Positions 63,450-64,000 of a stretch of 64,000 nt of DNA are shown here, piece by piece (position 1 is the stretch's first letter; the number at the start of each line of letters is the position of its first letter). Position numbers and translations under genes: made by a program. The stretch is from Squalus acanthias. Taxonomy: Eukaryota. The notes beneath the pieces are model-generated. The model did not search any database and was not told the DNA's origin. It worked only from the letters and a program-made list of their open reading frames with translations. The stretch covers positions 177,632,001 through 177,696,000 of the forward strand of contig CM059425.1 of the NCBI GenBank assembly GCA_030390025.1, in the 5' to 3' direction.

Positions 63450-64000
63450 TTCATTTATATAGCACCTTTAACATAAAAATAATCACACGGCACTTCACAG
63501 AAGCATAATCAAAGAAATGAATGCCAAACCAAAGTAGGAGATAATTGGAGATGTAACCAAAAATTTGGTCAAAGGGGTAGGTTTTATTGAGTGCTTTAAA
63601 GGAGGAGAGGGAAGTGGAGCAGCAAAGAAGTTTAGGAAGGGAATTTCAGAGTGTGCGGCCTAGGGACTGATGGCACTATCACCAATAGTGGGGTGAAGGG
63701 AAAGGAGGATGCAGAAAAAGCGAGAGTCAGAGGAACAGAGAATTTGAGGGAGGAGACTGTAGGGCTGGAGCAAGTTACAGAGGGGAAGGCCATGAAGGGA
63801 TTTAAACACAAGGGTAATATTTTTAAATTTGAGCATTGGACCAGCAACTAATATAGTTCAGCAAGGACAGGGGTGATGGGTGAGCAGGACTTGGTGCACA
63901 TTGGAATAATTGAGTCCAGTGGTGACAAAGGCATGTATGAGATAGGCTGAAGTAGGGGCAGAGGTGGTGGAAAGGATATGGATTGAAAGCTTAGCTTGAA
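63450..64000 (-). mobile_element. L2 3' fragment
   Basis: Antisense tail CATTTATATAGCACC and homology to 2705-3130 and 37578-38850. Confidence 0.7.

Overview
AT-rich, transposon-dense vertebrate genomic DNA. The repeat content (CR1 and L2 LINEs, DeuSINE-like SINEs, Penelope-like fragments) suggests a cartilaginous fish, which is my inference. I recognise one host gene: cysteine dioxygenase 1 (CDO1) on the minus strand, with five coding exons (51525-51356, 40335-40258, 39417-39263, 33168-32999, 29245-~29213), the metal ligands and the Cys93/Tyr157 pair intact, and a TATA box at ~51645. As written, the last exon is one base short of the conserved ...SQENN* frame. Two full-length Ty3/Gypsy LTR retrotransposons are present. 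The first (3539-8007) is very young with an intact single ORF. It has no tRNA primer-binding site; instead an exact 11-nt fold-back pairs with its own LTR poly(A)-signal region, and it carries a duplicated PPT/U3 start. The second (10195-14596) is a GC-rich CsRn1-type element with a CHCC Gag knuckle and a tRNA-Trp PBS. Also present: a decayed Harbinger transposase, Harbinger and hAT MITEs, nested CR1/L2 fragments, a degraded third Gypsy element, a templated local duplication, and an apparent gene-conversion tract between two CR1 copies. Boundaries of old repeats are approximate, and family names come from recalled motifs, not database searches.
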